Made by a program: the position numbers and the translations under genes. Source: a virus (taxonomy: Duplodnaviria > Caudoviricetes). Taken from it: a DNA stretch of 64,000 bases. The stretch lies in IMG/VR virus record IMGVR_UViG_3300005512_002353; one strand, 5' to 3'. This document shows positions 1 through 10,038 of the stretch, piece after piece. The notes under the pieces are model-generated. The model did not search any database. It saw only the letters and a list, made by a program, of their open reading frames with translations, and was not told where the DNA came from. How positions within the stretch are numbered: the stretch's first letter is position 1; each line of letters begins with the position of its first letter.

Positions 1-2
1 AA

Positions 3-293
3 CCTGTTCAACAACAGAAGTTTCTAGATGAATATCGTTTATATTACAATGATGATGGAACTCCTCGTGAATATGCAAGGCAGGAAAAAGAAGGCAACTA
101 CATTGTCATAAGCAAACAGGTGTTTGATGAAAAGAGATACGATGTTTATGTTAAAGATAGAAAACTAATCAATCCTAATCGCATCACACAGTATCGTAAA
201 CTTGTGCCCAGTGACGAAGGAACAGAAACATTAGCAGATGACATTACTATTATAGGTCAAGGACAACGTTGGAAAGTAAAATATTATGACTGA
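3..293 (+). CDS. hypothetical protein, 3' part (runs off window start)
   Basis: Open frame PVQQQKFLDEYRLYY...WKVKYYD* translated by hand; its end overlaps the ATG at 286. Confidence 0.7.
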   Translation, partial: PVQQQKFLDEYRLYYNDDGTPREYARQEKEGNYIVISKQVFDEKRYDVYVKDRKLINPNRITQYRKLVPSDEGTETLADDITIIGQGQRWKVKYYD

Positions 294-1194
294 GATTGAT
301 GTAGCAGATTTAGACTGTGTATACCTAAGTTATGATGAACCTCAAAAGGAAGAGTTTTGGGTTCAGATTAAAAATATGATTCCATGGGCAACTCGTGTTG
401 ACGGTGTCAAAGGGTCAGATGCCGCACACAAAGCCGCGGCCGATGCTAGTAATACAGATAGATTTATCTTAATCGACGGTGACAACATGCCTAGTCCGGA
501 CTTCTTTGATCTAACACTAAAACTCAAAGATGAAGACTATGAACGTGCAACATTCCGTTGGAGAGCTCGTAATCACGTTAATGGTTTAATGTATGGCAAC
601 GGTGGACTTAGTTCATGGACCAAAGACTTTGTTTATAATATGAAGACACATGAAAACTCACAAGGTGATGATGAAACTAATGTAGAGTTCTGCTTTGATC
701 CATTGTATTGGGCCATGCACGATTGTTATTCAACTACATATCCTAATGCCACACCCTTCCAGGCATGGCGAGCAGGATTCCGTGAAGGTGTCAAGATGTG
801 TTTAGATCGAGGACACAAACCAACTATAAATGAATTTAAAGATAGAGCCCATAAACGCAACTTAGATAATCTCAACATATGGCACACAGTAGGTCGTGAT
901 GTTGAGAATGGTATATGGGCCATGGCAGGTGCTAGACAGGGAACACTAATGACCATGTTAACAGATTGGGATCACACTGAAGTCCAATGGTTTGATAACT
1001 TGGAACGGCTATGGAAAGACATGGAATCACAGGATCCAGACGACATAGCAAGAGAGAACGCTAAAGAACTTGGTAGACTAGATCTAGATGTTGTAGAACT
1101 AGACCAGGAACAGAGTAAATTTTTTAAACGACACTATAGATCAAATTGGCGCAACCAAGGACCCATGGTGAGAGAGATAGACATACTAAAATGA
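286..1194 (+). CDS. glycosyltransferase-like protein (GT-A-like)
   Basis: YLSYDEP...RVDGVKG..AHKAAA..FILIDGD (DxD); paralogous to the C-terminal half of 16600..17916 (RVSNVKG..AYQAAA, AWR.AFRE..K). Confidence 0.55.
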   Translation: MTEIDVADLDCVYLSYDEPQKEEFWVQIKNMIPWATRVDGVKGSDAAHKAAADASNTDRFILIDGDNMPSPDFFDLTLKLKDEDYERATFRWRARNHVNGLMYGNGGLSSWTKDFVYNMKTHENSQGDDETNVEFCFDPLYWAMHDCYSTTYPNATPFQAWRAGFREGVKMCLDRGHKPTINEFKDRAHKRNLDNLNIWHTVGRDVENGIWAMAGARQGTLMTMLTDWDHTEVQWFDNLERLWKDMESQDPDDIARENAKELGRLDLDVVELDQEQSKFFKRHYRSNWRNQGPMVREIDILK

Positions 1195-2261
1195 TTGATG
1201 TCAGTAAGTTAGAAGAAAAATATATTTACAAATTAAAGAGCCTGGTAAGAGGTTCGGATATTAGTAATCAAATTCCTTTTTCTTGTAATGCTCCTTGGAA
1301 GAACGTGATAATTGATACTGATTCAAATTGTTTTATCTGTAGATGTGATGGGTGGTTGCCGATACCAGTTGGACAAGTTCAAGATTTTGACTCAATGGAT
1401 GATGTGATTAACAGTCCTGTGGCAAAAGAATTACAGCAAGACATATCGGATAAAAAATTTACACACTGTGCTGTTGACACGTGTGGAATTACGAGCGGTG
1501 ATTTAAATTGGGAGACGATGTGGCTACAAATAAGTTTGGATGAGAGTTGTAACCTTGCATGTCCAAGTTGTAGGCGAGATACCATCACACTTAGCCAAGG
1601 TCCTGAATTTGACAAGAAATCCAAGGACATGGAGAAAATACTACAATGGATGGAAAGATATGAAGAGCCCTTACATGTTACGCTGTCGAGCAACGGTGAT
1701 CCATTGGCCAGCAGAATCATACGTCCGTTGGTTAAAAATTATATACCTAAGGATAATCAGACCTTTGAATTCAAGACCAATGGACTGCTAATGAAGAAAC
1801 ATCTCGCTGATAGCCCTTTATTCGACAACATCACTGTCTTTTCTATCAGTGTGGACGCAGGTTCTAAAGAGGTGTATGAGGATGTTCGTCGCCCAGGCAA
1901 ATGGGAAGCACTAATAGATAATTTAGAATTTTTAAAAAAACACGGTAAGAATAAATTAATCTGGATACAATTTGTAATTCAACAAAAAAACTATAATGAT
2001 CTAGATAATCTAGTAAGTTTGGTCGAGCAATTTGATTGTATGGCTACGATATTCGAGCTCCAAGATTGGGGGACATGGAATTATGAAGATGTTAAATATC
2101 CTGACACCTGGACCATTGCCAATGGAACTTATCTAGAACAAGACGTTTTGAGAAAACAACATCCTAATTATCTTGATGCTATTCAGAATTTAAGAAAAAT
2201 AGCTAACAATAAAAGAATAAGTTTTTCTCCTATAATAAAGAATTTAATAAATGCAAAATAA
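1191..2261 (+). CDS. radical SAM protein with N-terminal twitch-like Cys cluster (#1)
   Basis: CNAPW..CFICRC..CAVDTC, then CNLACPSC; SNGDP replaces GGEP; start moved to ATG 1191, which overlaps the upstream stop. Confidence 0.85.
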   Translation: MIDVSKLEEKYIYKLKSLVRGSDISNQIPFSCNAPWKNVIIDTDSNCFICRCDGWLPIPVGQVQDFDSMDDVINSPVAKELQQDISDKKFTHCAVDTCGITSGDLNWETMWLQISLDESCNLACPSCRRDTITLSQGPEFDKKSKDMEKILQWMERYEEPLHVTLSSNGDPLASRIIRPLVKNYIPKDNQTFEFKTNGLLMKKHLADSPLFDNITVFSISVDAGSKEVYEDVRRPGKWEALIDNLEFLKKHGKNKLIWIQFVIQQKNYNDLDNLVSLVEQFDCMATIFELQDWGTWNYEDVKYPDTWTIANGTYLEQDVLRKQHPNYLDAIQNLRKIANNKRISFSPIIKNLINAK

Positions 2262-3675
2262 AGGCGATGAAGTAAACAAGGACTTTAAGTCAAAGTTCTT
2301 AAGTGATGCAGAAGTCATGAAAGAACAATTAGACACAGTAAGTCCTAGCATGTGTTTGGCTAAATGGAAACAGGTTAGCCTACACCTCACCACGGGCATG
2401 ACTAACTCATGCTACCATCCACCTTTACACCAAATAGATGTTAAACCATTGGAGTTCCATCCCAGTGCCCTACATAACACAGCACAAAAGAAAACTGCAC
2501 GTAAGCAGATGTTAGAAGGGCAACGTCCTGAAGAATGTAGTTACTGTTGGACCATGGAAGACAATGGTAAACTCAGTGACAGACATTATCGCTCAGGTGA
2601 ACCTTGGGCCGCAGAATCATTTAAAGAAATAGTAGATGCATCTTGGGACCAAGATGTTACACCAAGTTATGTAGAAGTTAATTTTAATCACAACTGTAAT
2701 TTAAGATGCTCTTACTGCTCACCACAATACTCTACGGCGTGGGAGAAAGAGTCAAACGAATTGGGTGCGTGGCCAACATCAACGCCACACAATGACCCTA
2801 AATATTTTCAGGGTAGGAGAAAGCCTATACCCTTCCGAGAACACAATCCATACCTAACTGCGTTCTGGGAATGGTGGCCTGATCTTTACCCTGAACTTAA
2901 ACATTTCCGCATGACAGGCGGAGAACCCTTGATGGATAAGAATACCTACAAGGTATTTGATTACGTCCTAGCAAATCCTAAACCAGATCTACACTTAAAT
3001 GTGACTTCAAACTTTTCAGTAGATGAAAAACTATGGACAAAGTATTTAGATTATGTTAAGAAGATATGTGCGGACGACAATGTGGAACATTTCATGCAAT
3101 ATGTGTCAGTGGACGGGTTTGGTGAACAAGCAGAATACATCAGGAATGGCCTGGACTTTAAATTGTTATGGGAACGAGTCAATCAGTTCCTGTTTGAGGT
3201 GCCAGAGCGTTCAAGCATAACATTCATCATAACAATGAACAATTTAAATGTTACATCAGTTGAGAATCTGTTCGCAGGCATACACGGACTTAGGCAAGTG
3301 CATTCAAACACATATCAGCGTGTGTGGTTTGACACACCCATACTGAGAACACCTGAGTGGATGCGTATGGACTTACTACCAGAACCATATGTTGACAAAC
3401 TAGAAAGACTATGGGCTTGGATGGTTAAGTGGCACGAAACAGAAGAGACCCGTTTCAAAGGATTCAAGGACTACGAAATAAAGAGACTTGATAGAGATAT
3501 TGCCTGGATGAGGTCAGGGCAACAATTAGATGTCGAATATAAGAATAAACAGAAAGCAGATTTCTATAGATACTTTAGTGAACATGATCGTAGGAGAGGC
3601 ACTGACTTCTTAAAGACATTTCCAGAGATGTCTGCATGGTGGAAGGAGTGTGAGCAACATGCGAGAACTCAATAA
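2251..3675 (+). CDS. N-twitch radical SAM protein (#2)
   Basis: CLAKW..SCYHP..CSYCW; CNLRCSYC; TGGEP. Confidence 0.9.
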   Translation: MQNKGDEVNKDFKSKFLSDAEVMKEQLDTVSPSMCLAKWKQVSLHLTTGMTNSCYHPPLHQIDVKPLEFHPSALHNTAQKKTARKQMLEGQRPEECSYCWTMEDNGKLSDRHYRSGEPWAAESFKEIVDASWDQDVTPSYVEVNFNHNCNLRCSYCSPQYSTAWEKESNELGAWPTSTPHNDPKYFQGRRKPIPFREHNPYLTAFWEWWPDLYPELKHFRMTGGEPLMDKNTYKVFDYVLANPKPDLHLNVTSNFSVDEKLWTKYLDYVKKICADDNVEHFMQYVSVDGFGEQAEYIRNGLDFKLLWERVNQFLFEVPERSSITFIITMNNLNVTSVENLFAGIHGLRQVHSNTYQRVWFDTPILRTPEWMRMDLLPEPYVDKLERLWAWMVKWHETEETRFKGFKDYEIKRLDRDIAWMRSGQQLDVEYKNKQKADFYRYFSEHDRRRGTDFLKTFPEMSAWWKECEQHARTQ

Positions 3676-4807
3676 ACGATTTTGCATAGCGCCATGGACG
3701 TCAGTAGTCCTAAAGACCACCGGACAGCTAGGTCCTTGCTGTGCTTATCCCACACAGAACAAGATTATTGACATGTCGATCAAGGAATATTACAACAGCG
3801 ATTTTAACAAAGAATTAAAACAAAAGATGTTAAATGGCGAGAAGATCGCTGGCTGTCAAGATTGCTACAGGTCCGACGAGTTATATGGCAGTAGTTTAAG
3901 AACGAAGACCAATGATTTGGCACAAGGAACCATGCAAGATTATGAGAACTTAGATTTTCCGCTTGACCTCGAATTGCAGATCAGCAATATATGTAATATA
4001 AAATGTCTCACATGTCGTCCTGAGGACAGTAGTTCTTTCTTGACGGAAAATAAGATATTGAAGATCAGTGATCATTCAAACGGAGATTTCCAGTTAGGTA
4101 ATGAGAGATTAGATCAGCTGTTTGAACAAATCGGAGAAAACAGTATTAATATGCTAGATCTCCGGGGCGGGGAAAGCATGTTGGTTCCGAACATTAAACA
4201 ACGTTTGAGAGCATTGTCGGATGTCAACGACATCGAGCTACGCATACAGACAAACGGAACCATCTGGGATGATGAATGGGTTGGCATATTTCAAAAGTTT
4301 AGAGAGGTAAATGTAATGATCAGTATTGATGCTTATGGCACAGATAATCATTATGTGAGATTTCCAGCAGTCTGGTCAGATATAGAGAACACGGTTGATA
4401 AGATGAGAGAGGTCACTAATCTGAGGCTTAGTGGAAACTGCACGGTCAGCAATCTGAACCTTCCGGTCCTTCCACGGCTGTTAGATTGGATCATTGAGAA
4501 GGACATAGAGTTTGGTTTTACGGGGTTATCATATCCTAACTACTTTGAAATGACCAATCTACCATTGTCCATCATTGATGATACCAAACAAAAACTTAAC
4601 AAATATCGTAATAGGTTTAATCATGGGTATACAAATGATCAATTTGAATCTATAATATTGAGATTAGAGTCATTATCTGAGTTTAATAAGGAAACATGGA
4701 AGATATTTTGTAGAGTCATATCAATGAGAGATCAACATAGAAAGAACTCCGTATTTGACATCCAGCCAGAATTAAGGGAATATTGGACAAGTGCCGATGA
4801 AACATAA
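3659..4807 (+). CDS. N-twitch radical SAM protein (#3)
   Basis: CIAPW..PCC..CQDC; CNIKCLTC; RGGES; ATG 3659 preferred over GTG 3650. Confidence 0.9.
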   Translation: MRELNKRFCIAPWTSVVLKTTGQLGPCCAYPTQNKIIDMSIKEYYNSDFNKELKQKMLNGEKIAGCQDCYRSDELYGSSLRTKTNDLAQGTMQDYENLDFPLDLELQISNICNIKCLTCRPEDSSSFLTENKILKISDHSNGDFQLGNERLDQLFEQIGENSINMLDLRGGESMLVPNIKQRLRALSDVNDIELRIQTNGTIWDDEWVGIFQKFREVNVMISIDAYGTDNHYVRFPAVWSDIENTVDKMREVTNLRLSGNCTVSNLNLPVLPRLLDWIIEKDIEFGFTGLSYPNYFEMTNLPLSIIDDTKQKLNKYRNRFNHGYTNDQFESIILRLESLSEFNKETWKIFCRVISMRDQHRKNSVFDIQPELREYWTSADET

Positions 4808-6275
4808 GATACTTTGCATAGGTAACAACACACAAGACACTGACGCCAGATGTCAACAAGTTGCTGAGCGATATGATGTGCCGTATCGTGGATTGATCGA
4901 TTCAGCGCCAGAGTCTATCAGACCAGGATGTTATCACTCAAGTTATTATGATCTAGATTATTATGATCTAGAGAATCTTACATGCAGTATGGATCTCGTG
5001 ATATTATTGGATCAAGACATATCCACTTACCCTGATGAGCATGGCTTCCATAAGTCGTTAGATCTGGTCAAGTCACTCTCTGTTGACACGATCATTGAGA
5101 ACACTAACTTGGCCAAACCCCTCGTCTCTGATCTGGTCAACACCAATCCAAGTTTTTGCATTTATCCATTTATACAGAAGATGACCTTTGATGAGAGACT
5201 ACCATGTTGTTTCAGTGTGGGCCACTTGGATTCAAAGACTAGAAACTTCCCCTCGCTGGACCAGTTGAGAGAACAAATGTTGCGTGGGGAAAAGAACGCT
5301 ACTGTGTGTTCCTATTGTTACGAGCAAGAGGAAATGGGTTATGTTAGTGAGCGTATGATCGGCACCAAGGATTGGTCCTTAAAATATAAGATATACACTA
5401 TTGAGGATCTAGAAAGAGCGACAGAGAATTATCCGATGATGTATTCAGCTGAGATCGGAAATACCTGTAACTTAATGTGTAGGACATGCTCGCCAGAAAT
5501 CAGCTCATTGATAGAGAAAGAGAATCGAACAATTAAACTATACGACTACGATCCTAGATTTATACCACCCAATGGACTAAATCAAATTGACATCAATAAG
5601 GCAAGACGGGTCTACATCAGCGGAGGTGAACCAATGGCTGTTGACGACACTGTTGAGTTCTTGGAGAAGCTGGTCAACAACGGCAAGACAGATATCGAAC
5701 TACACTTCAACACGAATGCCACGATACTCACGGAAAGATTTAAGAAATTGATCAAGAACTTCAAGGACGTTAAGTTCACTGTGAGCATAGATTCTTTTGA
5801 TCAAAAGAACACATATATCAGATGGCCCAGCAGTTGGACCAAGATCGTTAAGAATCTAGAATATCTGCTAGAGCAAGGTTATTTCGTCATGGTTAACACT
5901 GTGATGTCGGTGTATAACATATCCGATCTATCAGAACTGTTTATCTGGCTGGATCAATATAAAAACATAGCACTGGACGTCTCTGACGCTAAACCCAGAG
6001 ACGGGATACTGAGTGCATTTATACGACCCGACGCAGAAGTAATCTTGGAAGATCTTACTAAGATAACTAAGTTAGGGCTCTATAATAACAACAAGGACAT
6101 ACGCAGTGCCATAGATGGATACATCGAATATTTCCGAAATCCTAGATCTGATTTGGAAAGACTGCAGGAATTTTTTAATTACAACGATCAACTTGACAAA
6201 GCGAGGGGATCTAAATTAGGGGACTACTTCCCTAAATTGGAACAATGCCGAAAAAGACTAACGAAACAGATTTAG
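4797..6275 (+). CDS. N-twitch radical SAM protein with extra N-terminal domain (#4)
   Basis: KILCIGNN domain; CIYPF..PCC..CSYC; CNLMCRTC; SGGEP. Confidence 0.9.
   Translation: MKHKILCIGNNTQDTDARCQQVAERYDVPYRGLIDSAPESIRPGCYHSSYYDLDYYDLENLTCSMDLVILLDQDISTYPDEHGFHKSLDLVKSLSVDTIIENTNLAKPLVSDLVNTNPSFCIYPFIQKMTFDERLPCCFSVGHLDSKTRNFPSLDQLREQMLRGEKNATVCSYCYEQEEMGYVSERMIGTKDWSLKYKIYTIEDLERATENYPMMYSAEIGNTCNLMCRTCSPEISSLIEKENRTIKLYDYDPRFIPPNGLNQIDINKARRVYISGGEPMAVDDTVEFLEKLVNNGKTDIELHFNTNATILTERFKKLIKNFKDVKFTVSIDSFDQKNTYIRWPSSWTKIVKNLEYLLEQGYFVMVNTVMSVYNISDLSELFIWLDQYKNIALDVSDAKPRDGILSAFIRPDAEVILEDLTKITKLGLYNNNKDIRSAIDGYIEYFRNPRSDLERLQEFFNYNDQLDKARGSKLGDYFPKLEQCRKRLTKQI
4943..4972 (+). repeat. perfect 15-bp tandem duplication (TTATTATGATCTAGA x2), in frame
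   Basis: Read directly; encodes YYDLD-YYDLE. Confidence 0.9.
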
Positions 6276-7591
6276 AATACAAACGCAGAGTGATTGACAT
6301 CAAGAGTGACTCATTCTGTGCGGCCAAATGGTATAACGCTACCATATGGTTGGGGTCAGGCATGACCACAAGTTGCCATCATCCTTTACCACACAAGATC
6401 ACTACCACGGAAGTGGAACGTAATCCCAAGGCACTACACAATACAGAACAAAAGAAAAAAGAACGTGCCATGATGCAGGCAGGTGAGAGACCTAAAGGGT
6501 GTGAATACTGCTGGAAGATCGAGGACATGGGCAAGGATGCCATATCAGATAGGGTTTATAAGACAGTCATATATGAGGACAAGGAGTTAGACGATGCCTA
6601 CAATACTAAATGGACACAAGATGTTGAACTTAGAACTTTGGAAATTGCTTTTGATAGGACTTGCCAGTTGGCTTGTAGTTATTGCAATCCCGCTTTTAGC
6701 AGTAGTTGGGTTAGGGACATTAAGTTTAAAGGCAGTTATACCAACTTGGTTAGTGACGGCCGCAATCATTTTACTCATACTCACGACAGCAGTCAGTTGT
6801 ATACTTATGGTCAGCATAATCCTTACATTGAGGCCTTCTTCAAGTGGTGGGAATCCGATCTACACAAGACACTCCAAGAACTAAGGATAACCGGAGGTGA
6901 GCCACTGATGTCGGGCTACACCTGGCAACTGTTAGAATGGTTCCAGAAGAATAGAGGACAGAGTCAAACACGTCTCGCCATCAATTCAAACTTATCATTT
7001 GACAAGGAAAAGATAGATAGACTGATAGAAGGAGCTAAGGAAGTTGAGCTTGATCTATATACCAGTAATGAGGCATGTAGCACGAAGGCAGAATATATCA
7101 GAGATGGGTTAGATTACCAAGTATGGCAAAACAATGTGGAATACTTGTTAGACAGTCGCAGACTTAGGGGACTACATGTAATGTGCACCATTAATGCACT
7201 ATGTTTAACTACGTTGGATAAGTTTTTGAAACAGATAATGAAATGGAAAGCAGAGTATGGCAAGGACAGCATTAACTTTACCTTAAACATCCTACGCTTT
7301 CCTAGTTTCCAATCACCGTTAGTGTTACCAAAAGACATAAGACTTGGTTATGCCAATAGATTAAAATTATTCCAGGTTGGATATAAGGAATCAATGCACG
7401 AGTTTGAGAACAATCAATTAACCAGACTGATAGAATACCTGGATGTGGTGGAAGTTCCACACTCAGAAGCATTCGAGATGCCCAAGTTATTAAATGATTT
7501 TAAACAATTTTATACACAGTATGATGAACGCAGAGGAAAAGACTTTATAAAAACATTTCCGGATTTAAAGGATTGGTATAATGGCCTATAA
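6245..7591 (+). CDS. N-twitch radical SAM protein (#5)
   Basis: CAAKW..SCHHP..CEYCW; CQLACSYC; TGGEP. Confidence 0.9.
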   Translation: MPKKTNETDLEYKRRVIDIKSDSFCAAKWYNATIWLGSGMTTSCHHPLPHKITTTEVERNPKALHNTEQKKKERAMMQAGERPKGCEYCWKIEDMGKDAISDRVYKTVIYEDKELDDAYNTKWTQDVELRTLEIAFDRTCQLACSYCNPAFSSSWVRDIKFKGSYTNLVSDGRNHFTHTHDSSQLYTYGQHNPYIEAFFKWWESDLHKTLQELRITGGEPLMSGYTWQLLEWFQKNRGQSQTRLAINSNLSFDKEKIDRLIEGAKEVELDLYTSNEACSTKAEYIRDGLDYQVWQNNVEYLLDSRRLRGLHVMCTINALCLTTLDKFLKQIMKWKAEYGKDSINFTLNILRFPSFQSPLVLPKDIRLGYANRLKLFQVGYKESMHEFENNQLTRLIEYLDVVEVPHSEAFEMPKLLNDFKQFYTQYDERRGKDFIKTFPDLKDWYNGL

Positions 7592-8846
7592 TTATAATTC
7601 ATCAGAACCTGTAAAAATAAGTTTGGATCAATTAACTGAACGTGAAAAGTTTTTGTTAACAGAGTCTAAAACGTTTTGCATGTATCCCTGGATACATCTG
7701 CACAGTTATCCAACAGGTGATGCTTATCCTTGTTGTCATGCCGAGATGCCTGAGAAACTAGGCAATTGTCAACAGCAAAGTATGAAAGAGATATGGTCTA
7801 ATGATAAGACTATTAAGTTACGTGATGACATGTTAAACGAAAGAGAAAATCCTGCCTGCACTAGATGCTATGAACAAGAGAAGTCAGGATTCTTTTCAGG
7901 TCGTAAGTCAGCCAATAAACATCACGGACATCATATTAAAAAAGGTGTAGAACTAGATCCTCCTTTTGAAATGTCATATTGGGACATACGTTTTAGTAAT
8001 CTATGTAATCTAAGTTGTCGCAGTTGTGGTCATATCTTTAGTAGTTCGTGGTATCAGGATCAAGTTAAACTTGCTGGCGAAGGTTGGGGTAAAAGTAATA
8101 AGCCTCTCTTCTGGGCAGGCCGTCATGAAACAGATATGCTAGAACAACTAATGGAACACCTTGACTATGTAGAGCAAATATACTTTGCAGGTGGCGAACC
8201 ATTAATGATGGATGAACACTATGCTATCTTAGAAGAACTAGAAAAGCGTAAGAAGTTTGATGTTAGGCTGATCTACAACACAAACTTTACTAAAACAAAA
8301 CTAAAAGATCGTTATGTGTTTGACTACTGGCGCAAATTTGATTCAGTGGCAGTGGGTGCTAGTTTAGATGCTATGGGACCACGTGCTGAATATATTAGAG
8401 CAGGAACAGACTGGGCAGAGGTAGAACAGAATAGACAGTTAATGATGGAACAATGTCCTCGTGTTGACTTTTATATTAGTCCTACGCTGTCAATACAAAA
8501 CGCCCTGCACTTGCCAGACTTCCATCGTGATTGGGTGGAGAAAGGTTACATACGACCACAGGACTTAAACGTTAACATATTACAAGACCCTGCGTGGTTA
8601 CGCATAGATATCGCACCTGAATCGTATAAAGAAAAGATACGTAGTAAGTATCAACAACATTTAGAATGGTTACGTCCACTAGACAAATTAAACAGAGCAA
8701 CAGTGGGATTTGAAAGTGCATTAAACTTTTTAGAAACAGATAACACTAAGTTACTTCCTAAGTTCTGGGAGCGTATGACAGAATTAGATCGCATTAGAAA
8801 CGAAAATATATTAATAGCAATACCTGAATTAAATGAAATTGCCTAA
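7581..8846 (+). CDS. N-twitch radical SAM protein (#6)
   Basis: CMYPW..PCC..CTRC; CNLSCRSC; AGGEP. Confidence 0.9.
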   Translation: MAYNYNSSEPVKISLDQLTEREKFLLTESKTFCMYPWIHLHSYPTGDAYPCCHAEMPEKLGNCQQQSMKEIWSNDKTIKLRDDMLNERENPACTRCYEQEKSGFFSGRKSANKHHGHHIKKGVELDPPFEMSYWDIRFSNLCNLSCRSCGHIFSSSWYQDQVKLAGEGWGKSNKPLFWAGRHETDMLEQLMEHLDYVEQIYFAGGEPLMMDEHYAILEELEKRKKFDVRLIYNTNFTKTKLKDRYVFDYWRKFDSVAVGASLDAMGPRAEYIRAGTDWAEVEQNRQLMMEQCPRVDFYISPTLSIQNALHLPDFHRDWVEKGYIRPQDLNVNILQDPAWLRIDIAPESYKEKIRSKYQQHLEWLRPLDKLNRATVGFESALNFLETDNTKLLPKFWERMTELDRIRNENILIAIPELNEIA

Positions 8847-10038
8847 CAAGACATTTTGCGTGTTACCCTGGGTCAGTGTTGAGACAAGTCCCATTGGCAC
8901 CATGCGACCATGTTGCCTGGCGGAAGATGAGCTGATCAATGATCAGGGTGAGAAATTACGCATAGGTATAGACACTGTGGAACAAGCACAGGAATCCATG
9001 CGTGGTCTGCGTAGTCAGTTTCTAAACGGAGAAAAGCCAGAGACCTGTAAGAAGTGTTGGGCAGTTGAAGCATCAGGTGGCAAATCAAAACGAGAATATA
9101 CCTTAGAACGTTTAGAGTCAATGATTGATGATACTGAATGGACACAAGATGCAAAACCATTGATGTTTATAGACTTTAAACTGGGCAATATCTGTAACTT
9201 AAAATGTCGTATATGTGGTAGTTGGAGTTCTAGCAGTTATGCCACAGAAGAACTACAAGAGTTTCCAAAGGAACAACAAAAGTCTAGTTTCCCTTATAAG
9301 ATGATTGAACAAGGCCGTTGGCCAAGGGAAGCAGATAGTTTTTGGCAGGAGATGTCAGACAACGTGGACAACATACGTTACCTAGAGTTCACTGGTGGCG
9401 AACCTTTCATGATCAAAGAACACTTTGACTTCCTAAAAACACTAGTGGACAAAGGTGTTGCTAAGAATATCGAAATACATTATAATACCAACGGCACACA
9501 GTATCCAGAGAAGAACTTGGCAGTATGGCAGGAATTTAAGTTAGTTGAGATAGCATTTTCAATAGATGACGTTAGTGAACGTTTTGAATATCAACGTAAG
9601 AATGCGTCATGGAAAGAAGTAAATGAGAACATACAGAAATTTAAACAACTCAAACAGGAATTTGGCAACATAGTCCTACAGTGTTGTTCCACTGTAAATG
9701 TTTTTAATGTAATGTATCTAGAAAAACTAAGTTACTGGATTGATCAACAGGATTTTGATTTTGTCTACTGGAATATCTTGCATGAGATATGGTATAATTC
9801 TGTTGCTAATCTACATCCGTTTGCTAAACTCAAAGCACAGGCAAGACTAAGTTTTGTGCATAACAATAATAGACATTACAACGATTTCCAGCGTATAATA
9901 AAGTTTATGGAACAGGGCCAGGGAAACGGCACAGAAGAACTAATCAAACAAGTCACAAGATTCGATCGACTGCGTGGGGAATCATTATGGTCCCATCATC
10001 CAGAACTAGCAGAGGCAATAGGTTATGAACGAACCTAA
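8833..10038 (+). CDS. N-twitch radical SAM protein (#7)
   Basis: CVLPW..PCC..CKKC; CNLKCRIC; TGGEP. Confidence 0.9.
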   Translation: MKLPNKTFCVLPWVSVETSPIGTMRPCCLAEDELINDQGEKLRIGIDTVEQAQESMRGLRSQFLNGEKPETCKKCWAVEASGGKSKREYTLERLESMIDDTEWTQDAKPLMFIDFKLGNICNLKCRICGSWSSSSYATEELQEFPKEQQKSSFPYKMIEQGRWPREADSFWQEMSDNVDNIRYLEFTGGEPFMIKEHFDFLKTLVDKGVAKNIEIHYNTNGTQYPEKNLAVWQEFKLVEIAFSIDDVSERFEYQRKNASWKEVNENIQKFKQLKQEFGNIVLQCCSTVNVFNVMYLEKLSYWIDQQDFDFVYWNILHEIWYNSVANLHPFAKLKAQARLSFVHNNNRHYNDFQRIIKFMEQGQGNGTEELIKQVTRFDRLRGESLWSHHPELAEAIGYERT

